From contig JBNRSN020000011.1 of NCBI GenBank assembly GCA_051313645.2, positions 45,880,001-45,944,000 of the forward strand: 64,000 nt of DNA, given 5' to 3'. The position numbers were made by a program, and so were the translations under genes. Shown here one piece after another: positions 1-12,219 of this stretch. The notes under the pieces were generated by a model that was not told where the DNA came from, ran no database searches, and was given only the letters and a program-made list of their open reading frames with translations. The DNA comes from Centroscyllium fabricii. Taxonomy: Eukaryota. Position 1 is the stretch's first letter, and each line of letters begins with the position of its first letter.

Positions 1-27
1 GTTTCAGGTTGATGACCTTTCATCAGT
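1..27 (-). repeat. Penelope-like pLTR remnant with hammerhead core, truncated by the window edge
   Basis: Reverse complement reads CTGATGA-AAGGT-CATCA-ACCT-GAAAC, i.e. CUGANGA, stem II, GAAA. Similar motifs sit at the ends of other Penelope copies in this window. Confidence 0.5.
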
Positions 28-677
28 TAGAATATTGAATTCAATGCCAAATCTGAAAGCAAAATAGAGGGAAAGAAAGATAGGATTAAGAGAGAGATAA
101 GAGACAAAGACAGCAGAAATAAACAATTTTTATTTTTTATTTTTTATTTTTTAATTCTCCAGCAATAATTAAAATTTGATGGAATGTGACTCCATGCTTG
201 TAAAAGTAAATTTTCAGTGGCAGAGATGCTGTTTTGCAGTAATTTAGATTTATCATACCGTTACAAATTCACTTATACTGTAATGGACAAGCAGTTACTT
301 TTTCTGGCATGTTTAGTAGGTAATTACAGGAACTTCAAATGTCCCATGTGTTTCAATGCCGAGTCTCTCAGTGAGATACTGGTACAGTCAAACCTGTACA
401 GAAAGGCCATTCACGGGAAAGGCAAAAAGTGGCCTTTATAGACAGGTGGCCTTTCTATACAGGTTGATGGTGGCCATTTTGTTTTTATGTACTGTATATG
501 CACATGTAGTGACAGTGTATCAACGTTCTTTGTGTTAGAATCGTTTTTAATTGAATGGTAAATATAATTTTGCACATGTACATGATGAACATAAAGTATT
601 ATACATGTAGTCCATTCTAATGTTTTTTGTATGTGTTGGTTGTACAGTACAGTATGTCGCATCAGATCTTGATCCTA

Positions 678-1440
678 TGCCATATTGAAAAAGTTCAGGA
701 TCGTCATCTACTTTGCCTGTCGCAGTTTCTGTGCTTCCGCTCGCACCATGTCCGCCAAGTGCATGCACTTTTCAAGCTACCATGTCCCTTGGCAATTGCA
801 TACGCCATCATCTCATCAAGGCTAGTGCTGGACGGCATGGTGGCATAGTGGTTAGCACTGTTGCAACACAGCGCTAGGGGCCCGGGTTCAAATCCGGCCT
901 CGGGTGACTATCTGTGTGGAGTTTGCACATTCTTCCCGTGTCTGCGTGGGTTTCCTCCGGGTGCTCCGGTTTCCTCCCACAGTCCAAAGATGTGCGGGTT
1001 AGGTTGATTGGCCATGATAAATTGACCCTTAGTATTAGGGGGATTAAATATGTGGGGTTACGGGGATAGGGTGTGATATGTGTCGGTGCAGGCTCGATGG
1101 GCCGAAATGGCCTCTATCTGCACTGTAGGGATTCTATAATTCTATGAAGTCCTGCGGACTACAAAACTTTGGTGCACCGTTGACCTCCTCTTCCTCATCG
1201 CTCTCCTCACCACAATCCTGTCCTTTCTCCTCAACGTGACGTTGCAAGTCATCGATGGTGGAGACTTGCACGTTGTTGGTGGTGGTCACTGATGAGTCCA
1301 CTGCTGCAAGCTCAGTTAGAGAGATCTGTAGTGTCTTCCTGCATGCAGCATCTAGCTTGTTGCTCTGTCTCTCGATCTGCTCTCCGTCAACTCTGCCATC
1401 CTGCTCTCCGTCAACTCTGCCATCCTGAGCGCCGACTCCT
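678..1440 (-). pseudogene. C-terminal remnant of a Tigger-like transposase, split by an HE1 SINE
   Basis: Minus-strand translation gives an acidic tract (ELAAVDSSVTT...GEESDEEEEVNGAP) and, past the SINE, LDEMMAYA...AK*MTILNFFN. This resembles the KQxTIxxFF tail of Tigger/CENP-B-like transposases. No DDE domain is present. Confidence 0.55.
830..1146 (+). mobile_element. HE1-type V-SINE
   Basis: tRNA-derived head (TGGCATAGTGG A box, GGTTCAAATCC B box), V-domain (GTGGAGTTTGCACATTCT...CCTCCCACAGTCCAAAGA) and CR1-like tail ending in TTCTAT repeats. Confidence 0.9.
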
Positions 1441-1714
1441 TGTGTTTGTGTGCGGGTGAAGAGGGTGGCCGCTATTTTATGAGTGTGAGGCGGCGGCGGT
1501 GGGAAGTTTGAATCGCGGCAGCTGAAGGAAGGAAGAAGGCGCGATTGTGGGTTTAAAATGTTAAACATTTGAGAGAGGTGAAGCCGGAATATCTTGTCTT
1601 CTCGGGCTGTGTGTGTGGGAGGAGAGGGAGACGGAGACTCTCCGCAGCCCCACCGGACACCGTTCAGAGCCGACCAGGCCAGTCCGGGAAAATGTAGGAC
1701 ACGGTTGGCAGCCC

Positions 1715-1925
1715 GGCGGAGCCCAGCCCTGCCCAGCGGAGCCCACTCGGAGCCCAGCCCGGCCTAGGGAGCCCACCCCACCCCAGCCCGGCAAAGGGAG
1801 CCCACTCGGAGCTCAGCCCGGCCCAGCGGAGCCCAGTCCAGACCAGGGAGCCCACTCGGAGCCCAGTCCGGACCAGGGAGCCCACTCGGAGCCCAGCCCG
1901 GCCCAGCCGAGCCCAGTCGGAGCCT
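1715..1925. repeat. GC-rich minisatellite (about 30-bp unit GGAGCCCACTCGGAGCCCAGYCCGGACCAG) inside the Tigger element
   Basis: Several imperfect tandem copies are visible. They produce the Pro-rich ORF 1613-1927. Confidence 0.8.
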
Positions 1926-3770
1926 GAACGGGGTCGTAGGGCAGCACAGACCCGATTTAAGGCCGAGAGGCCTGAGTTCAGGCCAGGAATTTTATTTTTC
2001 CGAAATCGGTGAAAAATACAGTACTGTAAAGCTATCACCTCGGGGATTAATTTTCAGCCGGCGGGAAGTTTTAATCGTGGCGGCTGAAGGAAAGGAAGAA
2101 GGCGCGATTGTGGATCTTCTCCTCCTCTCTCTCGCACGCTGAGTGTGATGTGAGCCCAGCAAGCCCGCGCTTTTTCAACCCAAACAAGGAGGGCCGCTGC
2201 CATGGAAATGTGACGTCGGTTGCTTCTCATTCGCCCATAGCTTTTTGCTACCGCCCCTGTTTCTCGCTGATTGGCCGCTGCCATGACCACCTCTACAGAT
2301 TATCACTGACCGCTGTGTGCGGTCGGAAAGTGCTGGAGGGATACAGAACGGGTGGCCGCTGGCCGCGTTGGACAGGTGGCCATTCTGTACAGGGCTTACT
2401 ACGCTGTTTTTCTCTCGGGGAATCCGATGTGGCCGCTATGAACAGGTGGCTGTTCTGTGGAGGTGGCCGCTAACGCAGGTTTGACTGTATAGCAGAGCTT
2501 CTGGAGGAGCAGGGCAACTCGGACAGCAATTTCCTGATTTCCACGTTTAACTGCGCATGTGCGGTTGCCGGAAGTTGTTGTCCGATTTACTCTTTAATAT
2601 GGGTGAGTGCTGACTGTATCACCCTTTTATTTTTGCCACAAAATCCGGGCCATGAAATTTCTGTCCAGCAGCTTTGCACTGAAGAGATCACACTTCTGGT
2701 GGTGTATTACATTTTTGTAATTTAGTTGGAACCAATTGCTGCTTCCTTAACTCGCCATGTCAAACTGGTCATTTACCTGAGCATCCAATTGACACCACTA
2801 TGTCAGCCAATGAGTTAGAGGTGGGCGGGACTTATGACAGGACTTGCAGCAAACAGAGTCTATTTAAAAAGAGCCTCTATAAACTGCAGCAATTAGAACT
2901 CATGCATGACTGAAACTACAGCAACAGCCCCAGTAAAAGCTCAGTGATTTCCCCAACAAAATGCAGTGAGTGGAGGATAGTTACACAATGCACATTTTGT
3001 GCGTAAAATCAACCCCAGTCACTTATAGCAGTGCAGTCTCCAGCAGTGATTGACAGCGGAATTACCCAATCATCTTCATTCTGGCCGGGACTTGTGGTGT
3101 CACTATCTGCAGCTGTTATTTACTGATGTATCATGATACCCAACAGCTAATTAGCTGCACCACTTTTCAGAATTAGCTCCAACACCTTTCAGCACTTAGC
3201 ACAAATTTAGTGCCATTAAGCAAGCTGTTAATGTGACTGCACTGTTATTGAACGTAGGGCAATGAGTGTCTTTGGTAAATATTCATGTGAAGGTAATCTC
3301 TGTGGTCAGTTAATAGAATTGGTAGCTATTAAAGCACATTCCATGCAGAAACCATAATCTGTAAGTGTTTAGTTTGCCTGTCTTAATGTGTGGTATTTCG
3401 GAGATTTAAGTTGTGCCATCTATATGCTTGCAGTTTTGTAGGTTAATAACCTAAAATATGTGCATAACATGATTCAGGATGTCTTGCTGCAGCTGTACAG
3501 GGCCTTGGTGAGACCACACCTTGAGTATTGCGTACAATTTTGGTCGCCTTATCTAAGGAAGGATGTTCTTGCCATGGAGGGAGTGCAGCGAAGATTCACC
3601 AGGCTGACACCTGGGATGGCAGGTATGACGTATGAAGAGAGATTGGGTCGATTGGGCTTATACTCACTGGAGTTTAGAAGAATGAGAGGGGATCTCATTG
3701 AAACTTATAAAATTCTAACAGGACTTGATGCAGGAAGGATGTTCCCGATGACTGGGGAGTCCAGAACCAG

Positions 3771-4486
3771 AATGAGTCCAGAATGCGAGGCGATCTTATC
3801 GAAACATATAAGATTGTGAGGGGGCTTGATCGGGTGGATGCGGTGAGGATGTTTCCACTGATGGGTGAGACTAGAACTAGGGGGCATAATCTTAGAATAA
3901 GGGGCCGCCCTTTCAAAACGGAGATGAGGAGAAACTTCTTCACTCGGAGGGTAGTAAATCTATGGAATTTACTACCTCAGAGAGCAACATTAAATACATT
4001 TAAAACGGAGATAGACAGTTTCCTAACTGATAGGGGATATAAGGGGTTACGAGGAGAGGGTAGGGAAGTGGACGTGAGTCTAAGTTCGGATCAGCCATGA
4101 TCCTATTGAATGGTGGAGCAGGCCCGAGGGGCCGTATTCAATTCAATTCAATTCAAGTTTTATTGTCATTGCAGAGTACTAGTACAATACGAGACGAAGA
4201 CTCGCCGCTCCCGAGAGTAGTGCAAATAAATTACATGCAAATTGCATGCAGTAAAGTACATTTTCAGGTGTGCAGGAACCGGAGGGTTTTTTTGGAGTTC
4301 AGGAGGCTGACAGCCCTGGGGAAGAAGCTCTTAAATCTAGTTGTGCGGGTGCGAATTGATCTGTAGCGTCTCCCGGAGGGCAGGGGGGCGAACAGACTGT
4401 GGCTGGGGGGCGAACAGACTGTGGCTGGGGTGTGTGGGGTCTTTAATAATGGCCTACTCCTGCTCCTACTTATGTTCTTTTGTTCT
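3771..4486 (+). mobile_element. Second CR1 3' fragment nested in the first
   Basis: MRGDLIETYKIVRG...RRNFFTRRVVNLWN. The tail GGCCG|AATGGCCTACTCC is split by the Rex1 fragment. Confidence 0.8.
4136..4446 (-). mobile_element. Rex1/Babar LINE 3' fragment
   Basis: Minus ORF HSLFAPLPSGRRYRSIRTRTTRFKSFFPRAVSLLN. AATAAA plus (TTGAA)n tail, seen on the + strand as (ATTCA)n. Confidence 0.8.
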
Positions 4487-5229
4487 AACCAGGGGTCACA
4501 GTTTAAGGATAAGGGGTAAACCATTTATGACAGAGATGAGGAGGAATTTCTTCACCCAGAGAGTGGTGAACCTGTGGAATTCTCTACCACAGAAGGCAGT
4601 AGAGGCCAATTCAAGAAGGAGTTGGATATATTTCTTAAGGCTAAAGGGATAAAGAGGGACAGGGTACTGAATTTGGATGATCAGCCATGATCTCATTGAA
4701 TGGCAGAGCAGGCTCGAGGGGCTGAATGGCCTACTCCTGCTCCTATCTTCTGTGTTTCTATGTTAATTTCCAGGATCATGCACCCAAAGATCACTGAATT
4801 TCTAGCAGAAATCCATGAAAAACATCCTTTGAGCCAGCACCAGTTATGCTCCATTCGGTGCTGGGCTTTCCATATTTATTTATCCACAAACTCCCACTTT
4901 TAACTGCCACCTTGATTGGAGTGCCCTGGCTGTTCTTCCGGCTATTACTTTGTCTGCTTCACCTGAGTGGGCTGCACCTGTGGTGATGTGACCTGCAATT
5001 CTAGCCCATGGCGGCAGGCACTGAGTAATTCATTGGATATCACACACTGAGCATGGCAAGACTCAACTATTGTCACTTTCAAATAAGAACGGAAACCACT
5101 GAAAACACTCCCGCTGTGCCCTCATTGTGTCCCCTATTGTCCCAAGCTCGTATCACTTCTCCTATTGAACCATCTCCTGTTGTTCACCTGAGCACTTTAC
5201 AGGTCATTCCCAACACTATATGGTCCGCT

Positions 5230-5350
5230 CATTATTACATTACTATTTGTGGGACCTTGCTGAGCACAAATTGGTTGCTGCATTTCCTACAATACAACAG
5301 TGGGTACACTTCAAAAGCTTTGGGATGACCTGAATAAAGGCAAGTCATTC
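5230..5350 (+). mobile_element. DeuSINE (SacSINE1-like) 3' fragment
   Basis: Matches the tail of the fuller copy at 14740-15210 (TTTGTGGGA...AAATTGG...CACTTCAAAA). Confidence 0.6.
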
Positions 5351-6989
5351 TTTTCCTGTGTGTGTGCACGGTAGTTGTGTGTTTGTTAACCACCTCCTTT
5401 CCCTTTCCCTGGTTCCATTGCTTTTTAAATGCTTTCCATCTGTAATATCTTCCAATTGTGAGGACGGGTTGAGCACCTGAAACGTTGACTTGGGGTCTCT
5501 CTATAGTTATAACTCCACAGCCTATGATGTTTCTCCTTGACAGCCTCCCCACCATGAAGTTGGCCTGATTTACAGACCTGGCTTCCAGTCGGGCAGGGAG
5601 AACTCCAGAGCCAGCTGCCAGATCAAGTCGGGAACCTGCAGCTGCTACTGGGTACTTGGGAGGGGGAGGGGGTTCCCATTCCCGACCCCGGGGAGGCGGG
5701 TCCGATTCCCCGATCCCGGGGGTCTTTGTATGGTGGGAGGTAGCTTGGGGGATGCCGGGGTGGAAGCACTTCAGCTCCTCCTGGCCTACAAGCAGTGCTG
5801 TAAAGGCACTCACCTTCTCCCCGAAACTGTCCTTACTTCCCTTCAGCTGCCAGGTTTCCCAAGGCCATTCAAACCGAGCCGGCCAGGGTTAAAATTGCAA
5901 AGCCAATTAAATCAAAGGATACTGGCCTCATTAAAATATTTCAATTTCCATCCCGCCTCCGTTAAACCCAGAAATGGATGGGTTGGGGTCAGATTTGAAA
6001 TTTTATCACCTCACCCAATTCCAACCCATTGGTTTTTGGCATTAAAATTCACCCCTGTATTTCTGAGGGCTGACATTCACCAACGTTTTATCAAACCATT
6101 GTAGATTCATACATTGGAGGAATGCATTGATGCATTCCATTTCTTTTCACAGGCTTTTGCCTGTGTTGGGAGCAATGTGGCTTTAGTGACTGAAGCAGTT
6201 GGTTTCATCTTGACCTTACATCGGTTAGTTTGGGAATTGAGGAGATCTTCCCTACTTATGGTCCTACTGGTTAGTGTTGCTGTCTTATTTCCTCTCTCAT
6301 TTCTACTAGAAGAAGAGTATGTCTGAGGTCCACACCTATTCCATGTCTTGACAAGAGTACAACATGGACATATAATAGTGACCATTACATTTAAATATAA
6401 TCTACAGCTACCACCGCAGTTAGTTTATCTCCATTCTCTTCTCCCCTCCCCATTTCCCCCTCTGGGCCTAGACTAAAATTCCCTCATTGTGTTCTGGCCC
6501 TCCATCTGGCAACCCAGCTGGGAACTAATGAAACCAGCCCCAACTAGACAAGTGCATTCAGACAGACAGGCAGCCTGGTAACTTGAACTCCTGATTTTCT
6601 GGTCAACTGTCAAATTCATTTTGCATAGTAAGTATATTCTGTGACCTACCTCATAACAAACCTCATACGCTATAAATACTGCCATTGAGAATGTTTGTTT
6701 TTTACATACCTTTTAGTTTCCACCTAGTCCTTTAACATCTTTTTGGTGACCAGGAATTTTCATTTGAACTTTCTGTTTAAATAATTTTCTTCAACACCAT
6801 TTTCATTTGGAATCCTTTTTCTTGTTGATGCAGCTCCAGCTAGGTTCAGCGTCCTAACTAGATATGAATGAAAAAAACTTAATTTCTGATGCGTGTCGAA
6901 TTATTTTTGATGTTAACCGGCTCCATTAGGATACTTCAGGGTGGTCAAATTCATCAGCAACCCACGGAGCAGCAGTTAATTGATCACAA

Positions 6990-7170
6990 TGTGTATCAGC
7001 CATGGCACAGCCGCAGCGCTCTCGCCTCCGAGTAAGAAGGTTGTAGGCATACTCCAGAGACTTGAGCACAAAATCTCGCCTGACGATCTCAGTGCCATAC
7101 TGAGGGCGTGCAGCACTGTCGGAGGTGCCATTCTTCGGATGAGTTGTTAAATCCAGGCACCGTCTGCCCC
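6990..7170 (+). mobile_element. DeuSINE 5' fragment
   Basis: ACTCCAGAGACTTGAGCAC...GCACTGTCGGAGGTGCC matches the head and Deu domain of the other copies. Confidence 0.7.
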
Positions 7171-8574
7171 GCTTTTCTCCTTTTGTTTGCTGTTTTCGGG
7201 GAGCCTTTGTTTTTGGAGTAGGTAGTTTGTCCACTCTGGGCGGGGGGAACAGTTGCAGATTCTGCAACATTGCAATCTTTTGCCTCCGTCCCCTTGCTCT
7301 GCTTTTTACAAATTATTCCTTAAAAGATGCTTCTCCCTTAAATATCTGTGATACTCGGAGGAAGGAGAAATTCTTTGAAGATTCGGTACTTGCCCCAGAG
7401 ACGTGTTCCATGTACTCCCAGACATCCAATTATGTCAGTCAAGAGAGCCTTGCAGGCATGGCAACCAATTTTTGTCATCCCCAGAGTGCATCTACTTGAC
7501 TTTTTAATGCAGTAAATGGAAGAAGACCTCATTTTATTTTGTAGGATAAGAAAGAAAAAAGATTGATGTGGAACGCATCTGTAGTTAAACACTTAAATCT
7601 TCAGAGTACTTATCCCTAGAGTTAACTTTCCCTTCAAGCATATGTCTCAGTTACCTCCTTGTCTAATTAGATTAACTGCTTGCTGCCTTATCTTTGCTGC
7701 AGGAGAAGGATTTTTTTTTTTAAAGTATCCGTTTACAAAATAGACCTGGAAAATGTACGGGATGCCGGGATGGATCTGTATTTGCACCCTTTCCCGAGTT
7801 AAGTCAATCCCTCGTTCAAAACAAAAAGCAGAGAATAGATGTTGTATTCCCAGTTCAACTGTCAGTACAGTTAACATCCAGTCAGTATTTGCTTATTATG
7901 GCCACCACATCCGACACAAGCTTGATGGGCCGAATGGCCACCTCCTGTGCTGTAACCATTGGCTGATTCTACATACTTGAAATTAGAGGCTGTGTAGATG
8001 CAGCATGATGCTCACCATTAACCCTTTGAGGATTACAGTAGCAACATTGCAGCAAAATCAGATAAAAGATTTTACTTCCTGAAGTATACATGTCCTCCAC
8101 AGATTATGGCTGACGATTTGTCTGGTTTCAAAGACATGGCTGTTTTTATTATTTGTCACCCCTCCCACCCAAGGTAATGACTCGTGTCGGGGTCGGATTC
8201 ACCGGCAACCACCCGCATCTTTTCTAAGCATCCATTCATAACGGCTGACCCGAGACAGTGAGCTTTGGTCAGGTATTCAGCCTTGGAGCAGGAGACAACA
8301 TCCAGCTCGAGCTGGAACCTGTTTTCATTGTGTGCCCACTCATGCACTTTCTATCCTGGCTAGTGACCACGACTGATTTTCCATTCCCTATCCCAAGAGT
8401 GTAGGAATTGCTAGACGAAAAGAGAACGAGGTCTATCTGGTTCACCACCTACCATCCTGTTGATGGCATAGCACAAAAATGATGGAGTTGCTGACCAATC
8501 ATAGCAATCAATCTCTGTCAATCAGTCCACAATAGACCCAGACATAACATGAGTAAAATACCCAGTAGTGGTGT

Positions 8575-9690
8575 ACTGAAGCCAAATGCAGGGTCCCAAT
8601 CATTGATTACAGCTCTGCATTTAACACCATTGTTCCCTCCAAGCTAATCCTGAAACTGAAGGACGTTGGTCTGGGTACCCCCATCCGCAACTGGATTCTG
8701 GACTTCCTGACTAGTAGGCTTCAAGTGGTGAAAATAGGGAACAACACCTCATCCACACTGGTCCTCAATACCGGAGCGCCACAAGGCTGCTGCCTCAGTA
8801 TTCTCTGTTTACAAACGATTGTACAGCCCGACACAGCAACAACCGGATAATAAAGTTTGCGGATGACACCACGGTAATTGCCCTGATTAACAACGAGGAT
8901 GAGACGGAGTACAGGGATGAGATAGTTCAGCTGATGAGATGGTGTAATGATAACAACCTTGCCCTGAACGTCAGCAAGACTAAGGAACTCATCGTGGACC
9001 TCAGATGCCATCAAGGGAACCACCGACCAATTATCATAGACGGGACACCGGTAGAAATAGTCAGTTGCTTCCAATTCCTAGGTCTGCATATCTCTGACGA
9101 TCTGACCTGGAACTATAACACTGAGGCAATGCTGAAGAAGGCACACCAGCGCCTCTACCCTCTATGGTGCCTGAGGAAATGCGGCATAAGCACCCAGTGG
9201 CTTGTGAACTTTTACTGCGGCACCATAGAGAGCGTCTTGTCGGGTGGCGTCTGTGTGGTATGGCAACACCACTGCTCAGGACAGGAAAGCCATTCAGAGG
9301 GTCGTGAGGACGGCAGAAAAAATCATCGGGTGTGCACTTCCATCCATCGAGGAGATCTTCCAGACCAGGTGTCGGAACAAGGCCCGCTCCATCATCAAGG
9401 ACCCCAATCACCCTGGGCACGATCTGTTCTCCCTCCTGCGGTCCGGCCGTCGGTACTGCAGCATCCGAACCAGGACCAGCAGGTTCAAAAACAGTTTCTA
9501 CCCACAGGCAGTGCGCCTACTTAACTGCTAACTGCACTTGTTACTTATTTGTTTATTTGCTTATTATTTTTTTCTATATTTATACTTGTTTGTTTTTTTT
9601 ACTTTTTGCTTTTCTGCATTTATAATTGTGGGAATGAATGGGGAGTAAGAAGCATTCCATTGTACGAGTTACACATGGCAATAAAATTAT
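8575..9690 (+). mobile_element. Rex1/Babar LINE, 5'-truncated (RT C-terminal half and 3' UTR)
   Basis: Translates to [47 protein letters not shown] and SGRRYCSIRTRTSRFKNSFYPQAVRLLN, with frameshifts. T-rich UTR and AATAAA follow. Confidence 0.88.
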
Positions 9691-9999
9691 CCTGGACTGA
9701 CATCAGCTAATACAGCAAAGAAATGGAGCACATCTGTTGGGTACTTAAATTTTAAACCACATGCCCCTTCCCCTAATTAACCTTGACATTTGAAGGGGAA
9801 ACCTCTCCTAAGGCAACTCATTCCTATCCATGAACATGGAGATGATGGCTTTGTGTAACCAAGGTAATCACACCTGGGACTTTCTTAGTCTGAACAGCTC
9901 AACTTTATATACAGTGCTTTCACCAGCTGAGCCACAGGGGAACTGGAATGACTACATTATTTTTTAATAATTAACATTCAGTTGATGATTATGTGAAAG

Positions 10000-10560
10000 T
10001 GCAGGAAGTAAAAGCAATTTGGATTTTAGGAATAAGGACATTGTGTACAAGAGTGAATGATGCATTTGTTTAAAGCATTGGTTAGGATACAGTTCAAATA
10101 ATGTATGCAGCTTTGGACACTCCATTATAGAAAGGATTTTAAAGCCACAGTGCGTGTACAGAAAAAAATCACCAGGGAGCTGCCAAAGATGGGAAGCTAT
10201 TGTTCTGATAAAGACTTGAGATGCTGAGCTACTTCCACTGGAGCAGAGAAGGCCAAGAGGAGCTTTAATGGCAATTTTCAATTGTGAAGGTTTTTTTTTG
10301 CCAGTGAATGAGAGAGAGCATTTCCTCAGGTTGGGGAATCAGTAACAAGAGTTCATCAATTTCAAATGAATGCTGAGAATGAGGAGGGAGAAGTTAGGAG
10401 CAACTCCTTTAAGCAGTGAGCTCTTGGAGCATTGGATAATTTTGCCACAAGGAGTGGTGGAAACCGAGACCATTGCATTTTTAAAGGGAAAGTTGGTTAA
10501 ACATTTGAAGCAGAACGTGATACTGGGCTACAGGGAGCACTGGGATCGGGTTTGGATTGC
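10000..10560 (+). mobile_element. Old, degenerate CR1 3' fragment
   Basis: Degraded CR1 ORF2 tail (WIILPQGVVETETIAFLKGKLVKHL), CR1-like at DNA level. Confidence 0.6.
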
Positions 10561-10755
10561 TCTAGAAAAGGATTTGATGTGTCTTTTTTGCTTTAGAGAA
10601 GGGAAAAAAAATCACTGTGTTTTGCAATTGTGCCCCATTGTTCGCAGACTGAGGTGTTAAGGTATGCTAATATGCTTGTGTGCTCTAGGGTTGGATGTAT
10701 GGGATCAAATTTCTCCCCTCCCCCATGTGTGTGATCTTTGACTTTAGTTTCTCTT

Positions 10756-10793
10756 TCACCTGACGAAGGGGCAAAAGCTCCGAAAGCTTGTGA
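10756..10793 (+). ncRNA. Minimal type I hammerhead ribozyme motif
   Basis: TCAC-CTGACGA-A-GGGGC-AAAA-GCTCC-GAAA-GCTT-GTGA: stem I TCAC/GTGA, conserved core, stem II with one G-U pair, palindromic AAGCTT stem III. Confidence 0.7.
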
Positions 10794-10882
10794 TTTAAAA
10801 TAAAACGTTGGACTTTAAACCTGGTGTTGTGTGACTTTTTGCATTTGTCCACCCCAGTCCAACACCGGCACCTCCGCATTAT
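10756..10882 (+). mobile_element. Penelope-like pLTR fragment
   Basis: Same family as the 56705-56870 insert (GTTGGACTTTAAACCTGGTGTTGTGTGACTT...CCCCAGTCCAACACCGGCACCTCC). It begins with a hammerhead motif. Confidence 0.8.
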
Positions 10883-11739
10883 AGAAAAGGATTGGCACAG
10901 ATGTGGGCATGGCCACCTTCTGTGCCACAAACTTCTATGGCTCTATGTTTGGTTTTCAGCTCTTGTGTTTACATGCTATCCTCAGGATTGTGGCATTGTC
11001 CCTGGCAGGGTTCATGGTTCACAGTATGAGAAAGAGCTACATAAGTGGCTTACAAACTAGAGAGAAAAGAGCAAATAAATCTGGGAAGCATTCCTTCAAC
11101 CAGAGGAATTTCAACATCATAACTTGCACAGATCTGTATGTAGCCCTAGAATGACCTTGGGTATTGCATCAACTGTTACACTTGTTGCTGATATTAGCTG
11201 GGCAATGCAAACTCAGCAGGAGTAACCTGCTCAGAAGCAAGCGTTGTGGTAATGCAAGAAAAGATGCATTTTGATATCTATATAAACAGCGATCAGGGAC
11301 CCATGACCTCTGGGAGTCTTTACTCCCTGTGAATGTTTGTCGGTGCCACTGCTGCTCAAAAAAATATATATTCTAAAAAAGTAAGTGCAGATGGGCAGTT
11401 GCTTATGGGATTCATGAACATGCAAGTCTTCAAAGCTGTGAGGTCTCTGCAGCTCCCCTGCTTTATATTGGCAGTCAATGGTGGAAGCACAAAGTTTCTA
11501 CTGTCACCAACACTGAAGTATATTAAAGCTCTCAGTCTGACTCATTTCTGTGTGTGTGGTATTTTTTTATATTTGTTCTTGGGATGTAGGCAACACTGGC
11601 AAGGCAGCATTTATTGCCCATCGCTAGCTGCCCTGAGGACATTGAATCAACCGCATAGTGTGGACTGGAGTTGCATGTCAACCAGGCTGATTAGGGGTGG
11701 CAGGTTCCATTTCCCTGAAGGACATTAGTGAATCAGTTT

Positions 11740-11810
11740 TGTGTGTGTGAGTAATTGTCTGTCTGTGTGTCTCTGTCTGTCTGTCTATCTATCTGTCTAT
11801 CTGTCTATAT
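11740..11810. repeat. Compound microsatellite (TG / TCTG / TCTA)
   Basis: Visible imperfect tandem repeats. Confidence 0.7.
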
Positions 11811-12219
11811 CAGATCTCATGCTAAGTCAGTAGATCCCTTGTTTTATAAGAACATGAACACTGTGTGTTACATCGTATGTTGTGATATTTTGCTGCTAAG
11901 GTGTCCCTTTACGCCCACAAAGTTTAATTGTTAAGTAAATGGAGCCTCAAACCAGTCATAGTTTCATTATTTAGTGAAGGAAATGTGCAGGGTGAGGTCA
12001 ATCAGAAATGAATTACCCTTCAGGCTGTACATCTGAACCCAGGATAAAATGCCAGGCTTTCTTTATTTTAGCGTGATTGATAAGGTTATTTTTTAAGTCT
12101 TAGGTTACAGACACTCTGACTGCTGTGTTTGAGGTTATTTTTGTCAGTGTCGGGGTTTCTTTGGCCTCCTCCAGTTCCTATGTATGTACATTCAGCTCCT
12201 CAAATCTATTTTTCCCTTC

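Larger units (their letters stand above)
385..2487 (-). mobile_element. Non-autonomous Tigger/pogo (Tc1-mariner superfamily) DNA transposon
   Basis: TIRs CAGTCAAACCTG (385-396) and CAGGTTTGACTG (2476-2487), flanked by TA (383-384, 2488-2489). Subterminal GTGGCC repeats at both ends. Internal transposase C-terminal remnant. Confidence 0.85.
3476..4762 (+). mobile_element. CR1 LINE 3' fragment (outer), interrupted at 3771-4486
   Basis: ORF2 C-terminal motifs LVRPHLEYCVQFWSP...RRMRGDLIETYKI. The sequence breaks at ...CCAGAACCAG (3770) and resumes AACCAGGGGTCACAG (4487), giving TRGHSLRIRG...RRNFFTQRVVNLWN and a TTTCTATG tail. Confidence 0.85.

Noticed and set aside
830-905. tRNA gene
   Set aside because: The A and B boxes belong to the tRNA-derived head of a SINE that continues into the V domain. 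The same applies to 12990, 14740 and 38378.
1613-2038. Pro-rich and Gly/Leu-rich ORFs
   Set aside because: They are translations of a GC-rich minisatellite inside a Tigger element.
6107-7592. Short ORFs at 6107-6385 and 7227-7592 as coding remnants
   Set aside because: No family motif in any frame, and the lengths are compatible with chance.
11290-11386. Plus-strand exon ending at AAA|GTAAGT
   Set aside because: The candidate exon has stop codons in all three frames and a weak acceptor.
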